Source of the DNA: Okamejei kenojei
Taxonomy: Eukaryota
DNA length: 64,000 bases
Reading direction: 5' to 3'
Assembly (NCBI GenBank): GCA_035221665.1
Contig: CM069169.1
Span: 18,104,001 to 18,168,000, forward strand
The translations under genes were made by a program, and so were the position numbers. Shown one piece after another: positions 37,479 through 50,551 of the stretch; the stretch's first letter is position 1, and the number at the start of each line of letters is the position of its first letter. Below the pieces are notes generated by a model. The model was given only the letters and a program-made list of their open reading frames with translations. It was not told the DNA's origin and did not search any database.

Positions 37479-39468
37479 AAGCCCTGTCTCACGGTGCGAG
37501 TGCACCCACGAGTGACCCCAAGTGAAAGGGAAAAAAAGACTCGTGGTTGTGTACGAGATTCCAAGTTTATGTTCAAGTGTTTAACCGAGTTCCCACGGGT
37601 ATGTCATTTCTGCAATGTTCCAAGTTCCTCTCCCGAGTTACCAAGTTCCTCTCCCGTTACTCTTGAGCCAACCGTGAATGAAGATCTGTTTTAATAAGCA
37701 ACAGTGTTAAAGAAGACATCTCCATCCTGCGGCTTTAAGTTAAAGATAGAATTCAGCGCGGCCGCATCTATTGATATGACCTACAAAGGGAAAATGCGCA
37801 CTGTCCAGTGCCAGAGCAGTTATACTTATGATTTGTTTGAAACACACATCACGTAGTTAGAAGACCAGCGGGCTGAGGTTTGTTATATCTTAATTGAATT
37901 TACTACCAGGTCTACACACTGCGGGGAGACGGGAGATGAAATCTTTGAATGTGGACAGATGTCTACGCGCCTGCTCGTTCTAAGGGGAATATATTTTTAG
38001 TTGCCTTTCAAGCCGGGCTTTGGCTTTATTCCTTGATTTTGTTTATTCACACACACTTTTCGTGTGTGAGGGTGTGAGAAGTCCATGCCAGGTGCAGGCT
38101 GGCCGCAGCCGCAGTTCTTTCACATCAGTTGCACATCAGATTGTTGGGAGACGGAGCTCAGGGTTCACCTCCTCAGCTGCTTTGGTGCCCAGGCGTGAGT
38201 TGAGGTGGAGAGAGGTTGGGGGGAGCGGGGTGTGCGGGCGTCATTAATCTGTCTGGGGTGACAAGGCTCTTAGGTTAGGCTGGGATCATTCTCTGCAGGA
38301 TGATCTTAGTGCGGGAGACAAGTGTAGGAGAGGTGTACTGACTGTGTGGACAGACACTTTGGTAGTGATTGCCCACCAGTCTCAAAAGCTGCTGTGTCTC
38401 CCTGTCCCTGGGATAGCAGGGGGCGATCAAACAGCACAATACCGCCCTCCCCTCCACGCCAACACGAAGGGCAACGATCCCAAGGCTTTAGCGTCAGAAA
38501 CAGCGGGCAGGCGACGTTCACCCGCCATAACGCTTCTGGTCTGCAGTGTGCAATAGTCACCAAAATACACTGCAACTTTAGAAAGGAAAAATACAAAATA
38601 TGTCAATCCCACAATCCCACCCAAAATATGTCATGGTGCTGTACAGCACGGAAACAGGTCCTTCGGCCCAGCTTGGCCGTGCCGTCCAATTTGGTGCCTT
38701 GGGGTAGTCCTATTTACCTGCATGTGGCCCATAGCCCTCTAAACCCTTCCCGTCCATTTACCTGTTGTTAATGACCTCAAGAAAATTCCTGCTTCAGTTT
38801 CCTGGGTCCAACTCAGAGAGAAGTTTCCCCCCTTCCCAGGGTTAATCGCTCCACTGTTTATAATGCTCTCTGCGTTATGAAGTCCTCGACAGTGAACCCC
38901 ATGGTCAATCACTACCAAAGTGTCTGCTCATACTTGTCGCCCGTACTAAGTCACCCCGAACCCCCCCCCCCCCATCCTTTCCCTCCCAACTCCAGTCCTG
39001 TCCTGAACCCCTGGGAAACTGAGGGGAACGACAATCAACTGCCATGGATACAAACAATGCCATACACAAGAAAGGGTAGATGCTGGTTGACAAAAAGACG
39101 CAGCAGAAATTTGGAAACATCATCCCATCACCCATTCCTTCTCTAGAGATGCTGCCTACCCACTGAGTTAAAAAGTGCCCACGGTAGACTCACGAGTCAC
39201 TAAGGTAAACTCACAGGCCACTACGTTCTTACAACAAGTTTAAATTTTTCAATTTTTTACTTCAACATTAAATTTGACTCGTGAAAAACTTTAAACATGT
39301 TTGAATTTTTGCAAGAGTTAACAAGTTTCACAGGTACCTGCCGTTAGCGCCACGAGTCGCTAAGTTGCGTCCGCCAGTTCCGACGTTCCCGCTACGTTAA
39401 TTGTATGTGATTGCCACGAGTGCAAACTCGGGGTCACTCGTGGGTCGACTCGCACCGTGAGACGGGTT
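37479..39468. mobile_element. About 2-kb non-autonomous PIF/Harbinger-like DNA transposon with nested retroposon fragments
   Basis: About 40-bp TIRs CCCTGTCTCACGGTGCGAGTGCACCCACGAGTGACCCC / GGGGTCACTCGTGGGTCGACTCGCACCGTGAGACGGG; TTA on both flanks; subterminal CACGAG/GAGTT repeats. Confidence 0.8.
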
Positions 39469-42379
39469 TTAGTGCGAGGTGTACATCAGGTTGAAGGGCC
39501 AGTTACATGAAGGAAGAGCCAAAAGAAGAGGTATGAGTGAATACCATTAGGTCCATTGTGCCATTTCACTTTATTAATGGTACGTCAACAAGATGAAAAT
39601 GCTGCTGATCTGCTGGAAATTTTCTCTATTCTTAAACACACATGACTTGAACATTAAGCAGCAGTTAATATTATTGATTTTTAAACTAGGTCTCCTTGTT
39701 GAGATTGCCATAATCCATTACTGTCATCATTAACATCCCACACGTTACTCCAGTTTAAACATTCCGTGTAGCTGATTTGTATATGGACTATTATTGTTTG
39801 GGAGATGAGTTTTTTGGGGGCCCTGAAATAATATTCAACCGTCAAGCACTCCTATCAATTTGAGTAGTAATAATATTTAAATGTTAGACAAGCAGAACAA
39901 AAACTTAATTGAAAATAAAATGTCATGCAACAATTGACCTGGGATACCCAGGGTCTAGGGAGTGCTGTTAAAACCAAATGAGAAAGCTAATGTTAGTCTT
40001 GTTTTATTTTTTGGTTTAGCTTATTGTCACGTATATCGAGGTACAGTGAAAAGCCTTTTTGTCGCGTGCTACCCAATCAGCAGAAATACTATACATGATT
40101 ACAGTCAAGTCATCCACTGTGCACAGATACAGGATGAAGGGAATAATGTTTAGTGCAAACTAAAGTCTGATTAAAGGTCTTCCAAGGATCTCCAATGAGG
40201 TTGATGGTAGGTCTGGACTGCTCTCTAGTTGGTGATAGGGTGGTTGATCTGAGTTCCTGTGCCAGGAGGAACTGTGTATAAACTTTGGCCTAGAATTTTG
40301 CTAGCTATTTGGGCCATGGGTTTTGATGGTTTTGAGTTCAATGTTCAATATTTGAACATTGTTCTATGAATTCTTCCAGTACCTTGACGCAACTCAAAAC
40401 TTAAGATGGAGTACTGTGCACATACCTTCGAAAGCAAGATGAGTATTGTTTTATTTTCCATCCTCAAAATGTATTACACTATTGAATAATAAAGGTTGAA
40501 ATTCAGAAACTGCCAAGAGAAAATGAGTTTAAAGTGGAAATATTCAGATCTATATTTCTCTGTACCTGATCCCTCAAGGATAAGTTGGACATGTTCCCTG
40601 CAGTCAAGGTTTCCATTAAATTTTGCTGCACCATCTGTGCTTTATTCCTCCAAGCCTATTAATTGTGCAAAGCAATTCATTTATTTGTTATATTGAGGTT
40701 CTGGGCATGTGTCTTTATCGTCTTTTTCATGTCAAACTTCGCAAAGTGAAAATAAAAATTCAGTCTGTACAATTGTCCATACAATTAGATACTGGCTGTA
40801 GTCTACCTTGACTCATGCCCTCTGACATTCTTGGCAAAAACAAAGTTAATTCATTAGACCCTTTTATCCACAATCATTTTAGTGAAGAGAATTCCAGTTT
40901 TCCATAACCCTTTTTGTGTAAAAGTGCTTCCAGATTTCACCCATGGGTTGCCCAGTTTAAATTCCTCTTTTTCTTTAGATGTCTTCTCAAATTAGAAAAG
41001 CTGACTATGTATATTAATATCAAATCCCATGCAACATTAATTGGATCATTTCTCAACCTTAGACTTTTAAAATGTCAGCAACTAGTGGATCTATCTTTTT
41101 CATCCAATGTATTTGTTATGTTCCTCTGCACCAGAAGAGCTTTCCTAATGTTTTGGAGCTGGAACTGAAAGGTGACAAAACTGCTTCAGGTGGAGTCTGA
41201 ATGTACCTATGTTGATTGTGTAATTTAACTATCATTGCATTGTGCAAAACATTTTCACACTTTGTTATTTGCTCTTTTAATTGATAATTAAAATTATCAA
41301 TAACAATGACCTATTCAGCAGTATTTTTGGAGAAGTATTTTGCAGATTTTCTTAACAATTGATAATTCTGGCCATGCAGGCTTGAGATTTTATGGATAAT
41401 ATGCACCTTTGACTTTTAGAAAATCCCCAAGACCACCTCACTATCTAGTGTTCAAAATTTATCTTGGTCATGAGCCTGGGGAAGTGAATAAACCTTCTGC
41501 TCAATGTGGCTGTTTTTTCTCAAATATACTTCTCTATCGTTTGACAATAGGTGCAGGAGTAGGCCATTCGGCCCTTCGAGCCAGCACCGCCATTTCTAAG
41601 TCCTCCCTGTTTTCCCAGTGTTAACAAATATTATATTAAGAATATGATTGAACATCTTTGAAAATCTTCTGGTTAGCAGTATGTTTTTTTAAAAATCATT
41701 AATACATTGCAGTGATTATGATCTATATTGGCCTATTTCAAAGACTCAAATACAAAAAAATCTTGATTGATCTTCTAGTGTGTGCCAGAGGGACCGAGTC
41801 ACAGTTGGAATTGTCATTGTTCAACTGAATCCCTTGTTTGTGCTCTAGGGTGAATGTAAAAAATGCCAACCGCTTAATGTGAAGAAGACAGGATGCCCCC
41901 TGTTTCCAGACAATATCTTTCCCTAAAGCAACTCATTAAAAAACAGTTTGTCAGATTATTGCTATCTGTGGGAACTTGCTGTGCATACCTATGGTATAAC
42001 TCTTCAGAATGTACTCGATTAGCTGCATTTTGGGCAATTTGCGGTCACGAAGGATGTTTTACAAGTTTGTTTGTCTTATTCAAATGGGTATGAATTACCT
42101 TTGATAATGAATCCCATTTTTGTAAGGAATTGTATTCGGATTGCAAAGTATTGCAAGTTCAGTTTAATTTATTGTCACGTGTACCGAGATACAGTGAAAA
42201 GCTTTTGTTGCGTGCTATCCAGTCAGCGGAAAGACAATACATGATTACAATCGATCCATTTACTGTGTATAGATGCATGATAAGGGAATAATGTTTATTG
42301 AAAGATAAAACCATCAAAATCTGATCAAGGATAGTCTGAATATTTGAAATATTAATTGGCCTTAGTGGCAGTACTTGGG

Positions 42380-42476
42380 GGTACACAAAAGGCTGGAGAA
42401 ACTCAGCGGGTGCAGCAGCATCTAAGGTGCGAAGGAGATAGGCGACGTTTCGGGTCGAGACCCTTCTTCAGACTGA
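42380..42476 (-). mobile_element. 97-bp Penelope-derived hammerhead unit with 11-bp TSD, core intact
   Basis: CAGTACTTGGG at 42369-42379 and 42477-42487; reverse strand CTGAAGAAGGGTCTCGACCCGAAACGTC at 42471-42444. Confidence 0.9.
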
Positions 42477-45151
42477 CAGTACTTGGGAGTTATGTTGAAT
42501 TGATTGTTATATGCTCCTTATTTGATGAGTGACACATCTGTTCCTGCATGGATTCACTTAATCATTTCCGGGCATTGTATTTAAATTTTGTTGACTAATT
42601 CGTTTAGAAATGACTAAGCATTTGTGATTCCTTAAAATTCTATTTTAAACTATTTAATCAGTGATGAGGATGTAGCAAAGTGATATCAGTAGAGGTCAGA
42701 TGGAGCCTCGTTTTCTGAATTTATTAAAGCTAAATTAACTTGATGTTCAGATAGTCTTTCAACTACTCCTGAATGTTCTCGCCAACATAACATTCCCAGG
42801 TATCATCTGTCTTTATTAGAAGCCTTCATTTGATTTTGATATAAATGGCGCTGTCCTTGTACATTATGGAGTCTACAGTGTGAGATCTCAACATGTAATA
42901 TCTTGCTGAGTTGCTGCTTTATCAGATCTCAGTATCAAAGTAAGTTGAAAACAAGTTGTGGAAGTAACACATCCCCTCAAAAGTTAGCATTGTTTAGAAT
43001 CGGGGGGGGGGGGGGGGGGGGTGGGGGGTGGTATCCAGTTGGTACAAAGTCATATTGGAAACCTGCCACAGTAGCTTTCTAACAACCCTGTGCCATCTGT
43101 AACTTCGGGACTGTAGGCTTGTAGGTTTGCAAGGGAATTTGCTGGGTAAGGTGAACCAACAATATAGACACCACAGAGTGTTCATAGTAAACTGCTGAAG
43201 CAAGAGGACTTACAGCAATCATAGGCAGCATCTTGGAAGCTAGATACAGCGCTGCCCCTCTGTCTCTCCCACATGAACACATCAGATTTCCCTATAGTTT
43301 ATCTCTGACCATTCCCATTGGTGCTTAGTACAGTCCTTCCCCATTGGGTACAAAATCCTGAATGTTTCATTTTACCGCTCAGTGTTGATTGTTTGTTCTC
43401 AGATTTGTTCATGGTTCATTAATCTGCATGAATTGGAAATGGAAACAGCTTCTCAATACAATGTCTCTTTGAAGCTTTCCTGACCTCAAAGCCCTCTGTA
43501 CATTTTGGAGGGGTGGGGAGGCTAGTGAGATTTAGGGGGCCTTTCTCTAAGGGCTATGTATTTTGTTTCTGCAATTCTGTTGTCGGAGCATAATATTACA
43601 ACCATGCTAAAGCTCTGGAAGTTGAAAAGCTTCCTCATGAAACAGACTTTCATCTTGAAAGTATAAAAAGTCTTGCAACCCAGGTGCTACCTATAACCCC
43701 AACTGCCATATATACATGATTGTCAACATTTTGTGGAAAGGATCTCTTGTAATCAATAAATCATTATAAGTTTATGGAGGCTAGGATCAGTAATTATTTG
43801 TGGAAGGCCATTGCTACTGGAAAGTTATACTAATACATCTGAAATTAATTTGGCAGTAAGAGAATGTATTCAGAAGTAGCTTGGAAGATGCTCTGTCACT
43901 ATGGTATATGATATTCAGTGCTGTGTAGCCCAGGGTTAGGTAGGATTGCACCAGATCAGCATTGCCTTAATAAATGGCACGAGGGGCCGTGGCCTAATTC
44001 TCCGAGTTCCTATGTTTGTATATGGCTGGCTGGAATCGGCAAGTAGGGGGTACTTTTCACACAGACGTTTTAATATCTCTTGCTAAATCCTTCCATTTAA
44101 TTGTTAGGACCTGCTGCTGACTGGATTGTTGCAATAGGTGCTATGGGTGTTCCCTTCTCTGTAATGCCAGGCCTTGAGTCTTAAGATAAGGGTTAGGTAA
44201 GCTGCTGAAGTTTTTGATTTTTTGGAATTCTGCCACCCTGAGAGCTATTGGTCAATCACCATGTGCAGGGCTGAGGCTGATGTGGAGACATGAGGTGTTA
44301 GGTTGGGAAAACTAAACCTATGCCCCGGATTTTTACCTCAGGGACAGGACAATTTCTATTATCTGGTATCTTTCTAATTTTACACACTTCAATTAAGTTT
44401 CCCCTCAACACCTATGTATTAAAATCAGCAATGCTAACTTATCCAAGTTTACCCAACATCCGTGAAAATCTCCCCTGCACTATTTCTGGTGAAATCATCT
44501 AATTCCAGATGTGTAGCAGCAGGACCGTCTGTGGTCTACCATGTATCTCTGGCATAACCTCCTGACTCTTGTGTTGTACGGCTGCTGATGAAGGAAAAAT
44601 TCCTGTGTTATCTGCAAACCTCTTTATCGTGCCTTCTGCATATCAAGTCTCTTGTTAATAAGATCCTCGCGATAAACAATGACTTGCTTTCATGCAAACA
44701 CAATCAGATATCCAATTACTGGACCCAGTGGAATTTCACTGCTACACTCCAGGTGCAAAAACACCCATTAACTATCACCCTTTGATTACATTGTTATTGG
44801 ATTCATACAGGATGAGGCATAATCTTTTCTGCAGGTACAGGGATAGGAAAGGTTTAGGGGGATATTGTTCAAACATCAGCAGCTAGGACTAGCACAGACA
44901 GGCCATTGGTCTGCATGGGCAAGTTAGGCCGAAGGGCCCCTCTCTCTATGACTCTAATCAGGTTTGGATTGAGAAGTCTTTGTGCTTTAACAGCTGCATA
45001 TTGTATGGGTTTGTGCAAAGTGCTGAATTCCTGTCTTAGACTTTTGCTGCATTTCTGTAAAGGGCTGCTTGTGATCTTGATGTTCCCTGGTGCTAATTGG
45101 GTCTGTTCTTGACATCGGCAATCTATTGTTTATATATCCTGCCTTTTGCAG

Positions 45152-45244
45152 TATTTCACAGGCTTGGAGTGTGGACACAAATTCTGTATGCAGTGCTGGA
45201 ATGAATACTTAACTACAAAGATCATAGAGGAAGGTATGGGGCAG
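45152..45244 (+). CDS. ARIH1: ARIH1 coding exon 4 (RING1)
   Basis: ttttgcag|[31 protein letters not shown]|gtatgt; 93 nt. Confidence 0.97.
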
Positions 45245-45344
45245 GTATGTATCCACTCTGCTGTTTGTTTCGTTGCTGTTCAGGAAATGAAATATTTAAG
45301 TGTGATTCCATTGGTGAACTCATTTGTTTTGCACCTCTTTGCAG

Positions 45345-45400
45345 ACCATATCCTGCCCAGCTCATGGCTGTGATATCCTAGTTGATGACAACACAGTTAT
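45345..45400 (+). CDS. ARIH1: ARIH1 coding exon 5 (end of RING1)
   Basis: ctctttgcag|[19 protein letters not shown]|gtaagt; 56 nt. Confidence 0.96.
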
Positions 45401-48400
45401 GTAAGTACTGTTTTAATAGATGAAAGTTGTTTCCATGAGTGAGCAGTGTAGACGAAGGCAAAAACAGTAGAGACTAGGATTACAGTAAAATGTGAATATA
45501 GATTTTCATAGAGAGAGATTTGAACTAGGTAAAGCACACATTTCCACAGTTCTGGGTCTGTTCTTTTGTCTGTGATGTATGTTGTGCCCGAGTGAGGTGC
45601 TGATGGTTGTAATCCTGTCTTGAGCTGATAGCACAAAGGTGTGAAAATCCCTGGAAATCTCATGGCCAAAAGTATATTTCATAGCAGATGGAAGGCTTGT
45701 AGTTACAGGAACCTATGTAATGTTTATGGAAAGCAGTGGGGATAGTTTGCAGTTCTTGTAATATGACTTATTATGGTTTTTGATTTGGAGAAAGTGGCGA
45801 GGATGGTAGGTCTTTTGTAGAAGAGTTGCTGTGGTCTGACTTGGTGTGCTTCTGTAATATTTTTGAATTTAATAATCTGGGTGGTTCAGATGAAGAAAAA
45901 CTGGTAGAAAGGGATGAAGTCTTTCCAGGAAACAGGGTGGGAGGAGGTTTAATTTAGAGGCAATAAGGAAATGGGGTATTTGTCTGACGAGTCCACGATG
46001 AACATTGATCATCATTCGCAACAATTCTACATTATGCCACTTTCTCATCCACTCCCTATACACTAGGAGCAATATACAGTGGCCAATTAACTTATAAAAC
46101 CTACATGTCTTTGTGATGTGGGAGGAAAACAGTGCACCCGGAGAGAACCCGTGTGGTCACAGGACAACATTCAAACTCCACAGCATCCGAGGTCATGATC
46201 GAAACAGAGTCTCTGGTGTTTGAGGCAGCTGCTCCACTAGCAGCACCGAGATGTTGCCTGTCCCACTGAATTCCTCCAGCATTTTACGTGTACCCTAAAA
46301 GAGTAGTTGAGATACATAGATTTATAGTTGATACCAGAGGATAGTTAATAAAGAGCTGCTTCGACTGGAATCTTCTAAACTGCTCTGCCACCACAGAGTT
46401 TTAGATGTGTTGAAAATGTAACAGTTGATTAGAGCACAGTATGGTTCCACAATTCAGTAATTAATAATGGGTATTGATTAAGTGATAAATATTGGCAAGT
46501 TCACAGTGGGTTATTCTCTGCTGTTGGATGCCTTGTATCCACCTGGGTCAAGCAGTTGGGAATCTCAGTGTAACTTCCGTGGTGATGCGGCAAATCTGGC
46601 CGCTCCTCCAGTGGCCAGAAGACATGGGAGCAGAATTAGACCATTTGGTACATCTTCAACATTCAATCATGGCTGATCTATCTTTCCCTCTCAACCCAAT
46701 TCATCTGCCTTCTTCCCGTAACCTTTGATGCCCGTACTAATCAATTAGCAACCAGGGCTGGCTGCCCCCAACAGTACAGCAGTCCTCACCATGGTCCCTC
46801 AGGAATGTCAGGATGGAGAATGTCACGGACGGCACTGAACCTGTGTGTGTTGCTCACTGCATTTTCACTCAGTGCAACTTTTACTATTCCTCTTGGTGGC
46901 ATATTTAGATATGCCACAGCTTGCACCTCCAGCTATGGTTGTGCAGTACCGCAGGGAGTTCTCCCTTCCAGGCTGGAGCATGGTGTAGGACATGGTGTAG
47001 ATATTTCTGCAGAGGAAGTTGGTTGCAGTGATACAACTAATAAAGTTTCCATTTTGAAGGAACAGTTTTTTCATCATGTGAACTGCTTGCCATAAAGAGG
47101 AATAGATGAATGGGGGGCGGGGGGCAGGTCACCATTTTGTGGACGCCCTGCTATGCTGCCACATTTGTCTGGCTGCAGTTCTTCATATAAAATACTTTGA
47201 AGTGTTTGAATGGTGTGGTAAGCTGATATATAAACTGCTGATCCGTGAAAGGAGAGCGCGGGCAATGGTGTGGCTACCCTTTTGTGGTGGAGAGTCAGGA
47301 GATTTCTTGTAGTTTTTCAAATATCAAATGCCTCTATTGCCCGATAATACCTTTGTCAGTGTGATCGACAATCAAATGGCTTCCACAGCTAGTTCAGGGT
47401 TTTGGGGGCGGTTCAACATTTGTCCAAGTACTGTATTGGTTGTTTATTTTGTGCTGATGTCCTGCTTGTCTGTGTCATAAATAGTTTACATGACTGTGCA
47501 TTCTAACTGGGTATAATAACCACAATTAAGGCGGCACAAGTAAACTATCTACTGCTGTTAGAAAAGATGTTTCATAAATGAAACTGGTTTTAAATTATGT
47601 ATGCGTGTGGTGAATAGGGATGCAAAGATTGGGATGAACAGAGCCATTTTTATGCAATTTCTGTCAAGCTCTGAGGAGTGAAATTGTGCTGACATTGTAG
47701 AGCTGTGCATAAACCATATTTTGTTGGCTATTCAATAGAGGCTTTGATCCGTACAATGCTGAGAGTGTTTGTGGGTTTGACCTCCTGTAAGTGCATGCCT
47801 TTGTTCCTCGTTCTGCCTGTCACTTCCCACACTATCTGTGATCACCTTAACATGCCTGCCCCCTGTTTCTTCAATAGCTCCCAGCAATTATTATTCTATC
47901 TGCTGACTGAATTGTCTTCAAATGTTTACAGTTTTCTTTGCTCCAGTTTCACAAACTGAGGGTGGGCAGGAATTTATTCCTGATGATTTATAAGTTCACT
48001 GTGCTTGAATTTGAGAATAGCTGCCAACCACTTCACTTCCTTTGCCCTGGGTACAGAATTAATGCTGATGATAAATGCGCTCATTCACACTTGCTGTGTT
48101 GCATGTTACAGCACTGTTTCAGTTCATGTGAAAGGCTGCAAAATTCAATTTCTTTCTGGTGACCTGTCAGCGCATTTTATAGATAGCGAGCCTAAGTACT
48201 TTCATTGCAGCAATAACAAGATATCCGTCTTCTCACTGATTATAAAAAGTGTAACATTTGGGAAGCTAGTGTTGCACTTGCTGAATATCAGTGATGCAAA
48301 GCAGGAATCTGGTGTTATATCTGTCCAGAAGACTCTAGTACCTCCTCACAGTACCTAATTGAATGGTGCGTATTACACCTTGATGACAGTTTAATTGTAT

Positions 48401-48517
48401 GCGTTAATAATTGCACAGTCAAGAATTTTGTAGATTCACAAGTTCTTAAAAAGCTTATTCCTTGCCTAACCATGCACCATTGTTGGCACTGAGATGGGAA
48501 ATCAGCACTGTTTTCAG

Positions 48518-48911
48518 CAAAGATCCTATAGCGGAGCAAGATAGACCACTCCTTCTAAATGCAATGGGCTGATGTGTAGTACGCAAAGGAGCGGAACGTG
48601 GGCCTTTTTTTCATCCATTTCAGTGACCCGACTCGCAGTGTAATCAACATTGCGGGGGAACAGTTTGTGTTAATAGATTATAATTCTGAAAATGAGGAGA
48701 AGATTTTTACTAAAGAACTTTGATTTTTACAAGGATGTTTCCATAACCGGCTTCCGTCTCCTCACTAGTATCTTTGCTACTCTATGGGATCTTTGGTGCA
48801 GAAACGGAAGCCGCTTATGGAAATGGGGCCGGAAATTACCCATGAATCTGCCCATGACTGTACTACGTCTTTTTTGTCGAGTGATCTATCTTGCTCGCTG
48901 TAGGATCTTTG
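48518..48911. mobile_element. hAT-type MITE (394 bp)
   Basis: About 33-bp TIRs CAAAGATCCTATAGCGGAGCAAGATAGACCACTC / GAGTGATCTATCTTGCTCGCTGTAGGATCTTTG; perfect 8-bp TSD GTTTTCAG (48510-48517, 48912-48919). Confidence 0.88.
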
Positions 48912-48991
48912 GTTTTCAGGGTGTGGTTGAGTTGCTCCTGTCTTGTGTGTTTTCAGTCTAAAGGTATTGTGCTTCGATTTATATTCTCCAG

Positions 48992-49058
48992 GCGTTTGAT
49001 CACAGATTCCAAAGTCAAGTTGAAGTACCAGCATTTAATAACAAACAGTTTTGTAGAG
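48992..49058 (+). CDS. ARIH1: ARIH1 coding exon 6
   Basis: ttctccag|[22 protein letters not shown]|gtaaga; 67 nt. Confidence 0.96.
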
Positions 49059-49357
49059 GTAAGACATTCTCTTTTTAAAGTAAACATTATGCAACAAGTA
49101 AAAACTAAAATAGAACTTTCATGCTGGTATTGTAGTAATTCTAAATAGTTTTGAGTATGTTAAGTCTGGATTTTAAATTCCTCTGCATGTTGACATAAGT
49201 GGGGTATTACAGCACTGAACAATAAGTTAGGAAGTGTGGGGCAAAATATGACATCCTGGGAGATCAGTAACTGAAGACTGGCTCTAGCAGTATCTGGACC
49301 TCTGTGCCACCTCATTGATGTGGTCTTTTTTTTAATTGTTATGCATTTCCATCACAG

Positions 49358-49464
49358 TGCAATCGATTGTTAAAATGGTGTCCTGCCCCTGACTGTCACC
49401 ATGTTATTAAAGTTCAATATCCTGATGCAAAGCCAGTTCGTTGTAAATGTGGACGGCAGTTCTG
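49358..49464 (+). CDS. ARIH1: ARIH1 coding exon 7 (IBR)
   Basis: catcacag|[36 protein letters not shown]|gtaagt; 107 nt. Confidence 0.97.
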
Positions 49465-49582
49465 GTAAGTGTGCACAATGCAACAGAATGTTATCTAGGT
49501 GTCCTTCTTGGTCATTGGGCATCTTTAATGGTCTAAAATGTAATGGGGGTGTTGCAAAGTAAACTTGTTTCTTAATTTACAG

Positions 49583-49625
49583 CTTCAACTGTGCTGAGAA
49601 TTGGCATGATCCTGTTAAATGCAAG
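49583..49625 (+). CDS. ARIH1: ARIH1 coding exon 8 (IBR)
   Basis: atttacag|FNCAENWHDPVKCK|gtgaga; 43 nt. Confidence 0.95.
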
Positions 49626-50294
49626 GTGAGAGACGGTCTCCTGAATATGTTCCATATATTCACAGTATTTTCACATTAGTGATGTGACGGTGTTCCTGTG
49701 CAAGCTCAATTTATTTTAGAATTGCAGTAGGTGAAGTTAAACCTCAATGACTATTTACTATAAACGAGAAAAAAAGATAGTAAAGTAGACAAACTAATGG
49801 TAGCGTACAGCCAGATGTGTCATTGTGAGGGAGTGGGCAGGGTGGCAGTTGTCTTGGCAATGGTGAGGAGTGTCGAGAGTTGAAAAAGTTTAATGGTCAT
49901 GTGTACCAGCAACAGAATAATGACATTCCTATTTGCTGCTGCTTTACAGGCCCATTAATACGATAACACAAATATACAATAATCAAGCGAGCAAGAAATT
50001 AATAAGCAGTAATATTCGATTATCCGATCAGAATGGTGCAACTAAAGCTGAGACCATAGAAGTCGTTGTTGCTGAGGCAGGGTTGTGGGTATTGCCGTGC
50101 AGCGTTCAAGAGTCTTCTGATGGTTGCAGGGAAGAAGCTATTCTTGAAAATGAAAGTGTGGATTTCAGAGAATTCATTGGGGGGGAGGGGGGGAAATAAC
50201 TGGTCTTCAGTTCATTCTCTCCTTTGTGCTAACACTATCCTCAGGTTGAGATGGTAATAGCGAATAAATAATTTGTCAACAATTGAATGAGGGA

Positions 50295-50551
50295 AAAAAT
50301 GCTGGAGAAACTCAGCGGGTGAGGCAGCATCTATGGAGCGAATAAAATGGGCGATGTTTCCGGTCTCGACCCTTCTTCAGAAAAAGGGTCTCGACCCGAA
50401 ACGTCGCCTTTTTCCTTCGAGTCTGAAGAAGGGTCTCGACCTGAAACGTCACCTATTTCCTTCGCACCACAGATGCTGCCTCACCCGCTGAGTTTCTCCA
50501 GCATTTTTGTTTATCTTCGATTTTCCAGCATCTGCAGTTCTTTCTTAAACA
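50295..50551. mobile_element. Head-to-head Penelope terminal repeats with three hammerhead-like motifs
   Basis: Arms 50295-50380 and 50423-50508 are reverse complements; motifs at 50353-50380 (-), 50378-50405 (+) and 50423-50450 (+). Confidence 0.85.

Noticed and set aside
37473-39146. Short ORFs inside the Harbinger-like element and elsewhere in introns
   Set aside because: No DDE, Myb or other domain signature; consistent with chance ORFs or decayed transposon frames
42661-42718. GTGATGA...CTGA resembling a C/D box snoRNA
   Set aside because: Only 58 nt, no terminal stem and no recognisable rRNA or snRNA antisense element
43002-43030. Long G/C homopolymers (also about 18226, 20915, 33722) as G-quadruplex elements
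   Set aside because: Simple slippage tracts, some inside repeats, and their lengths are unreliable in assemblies
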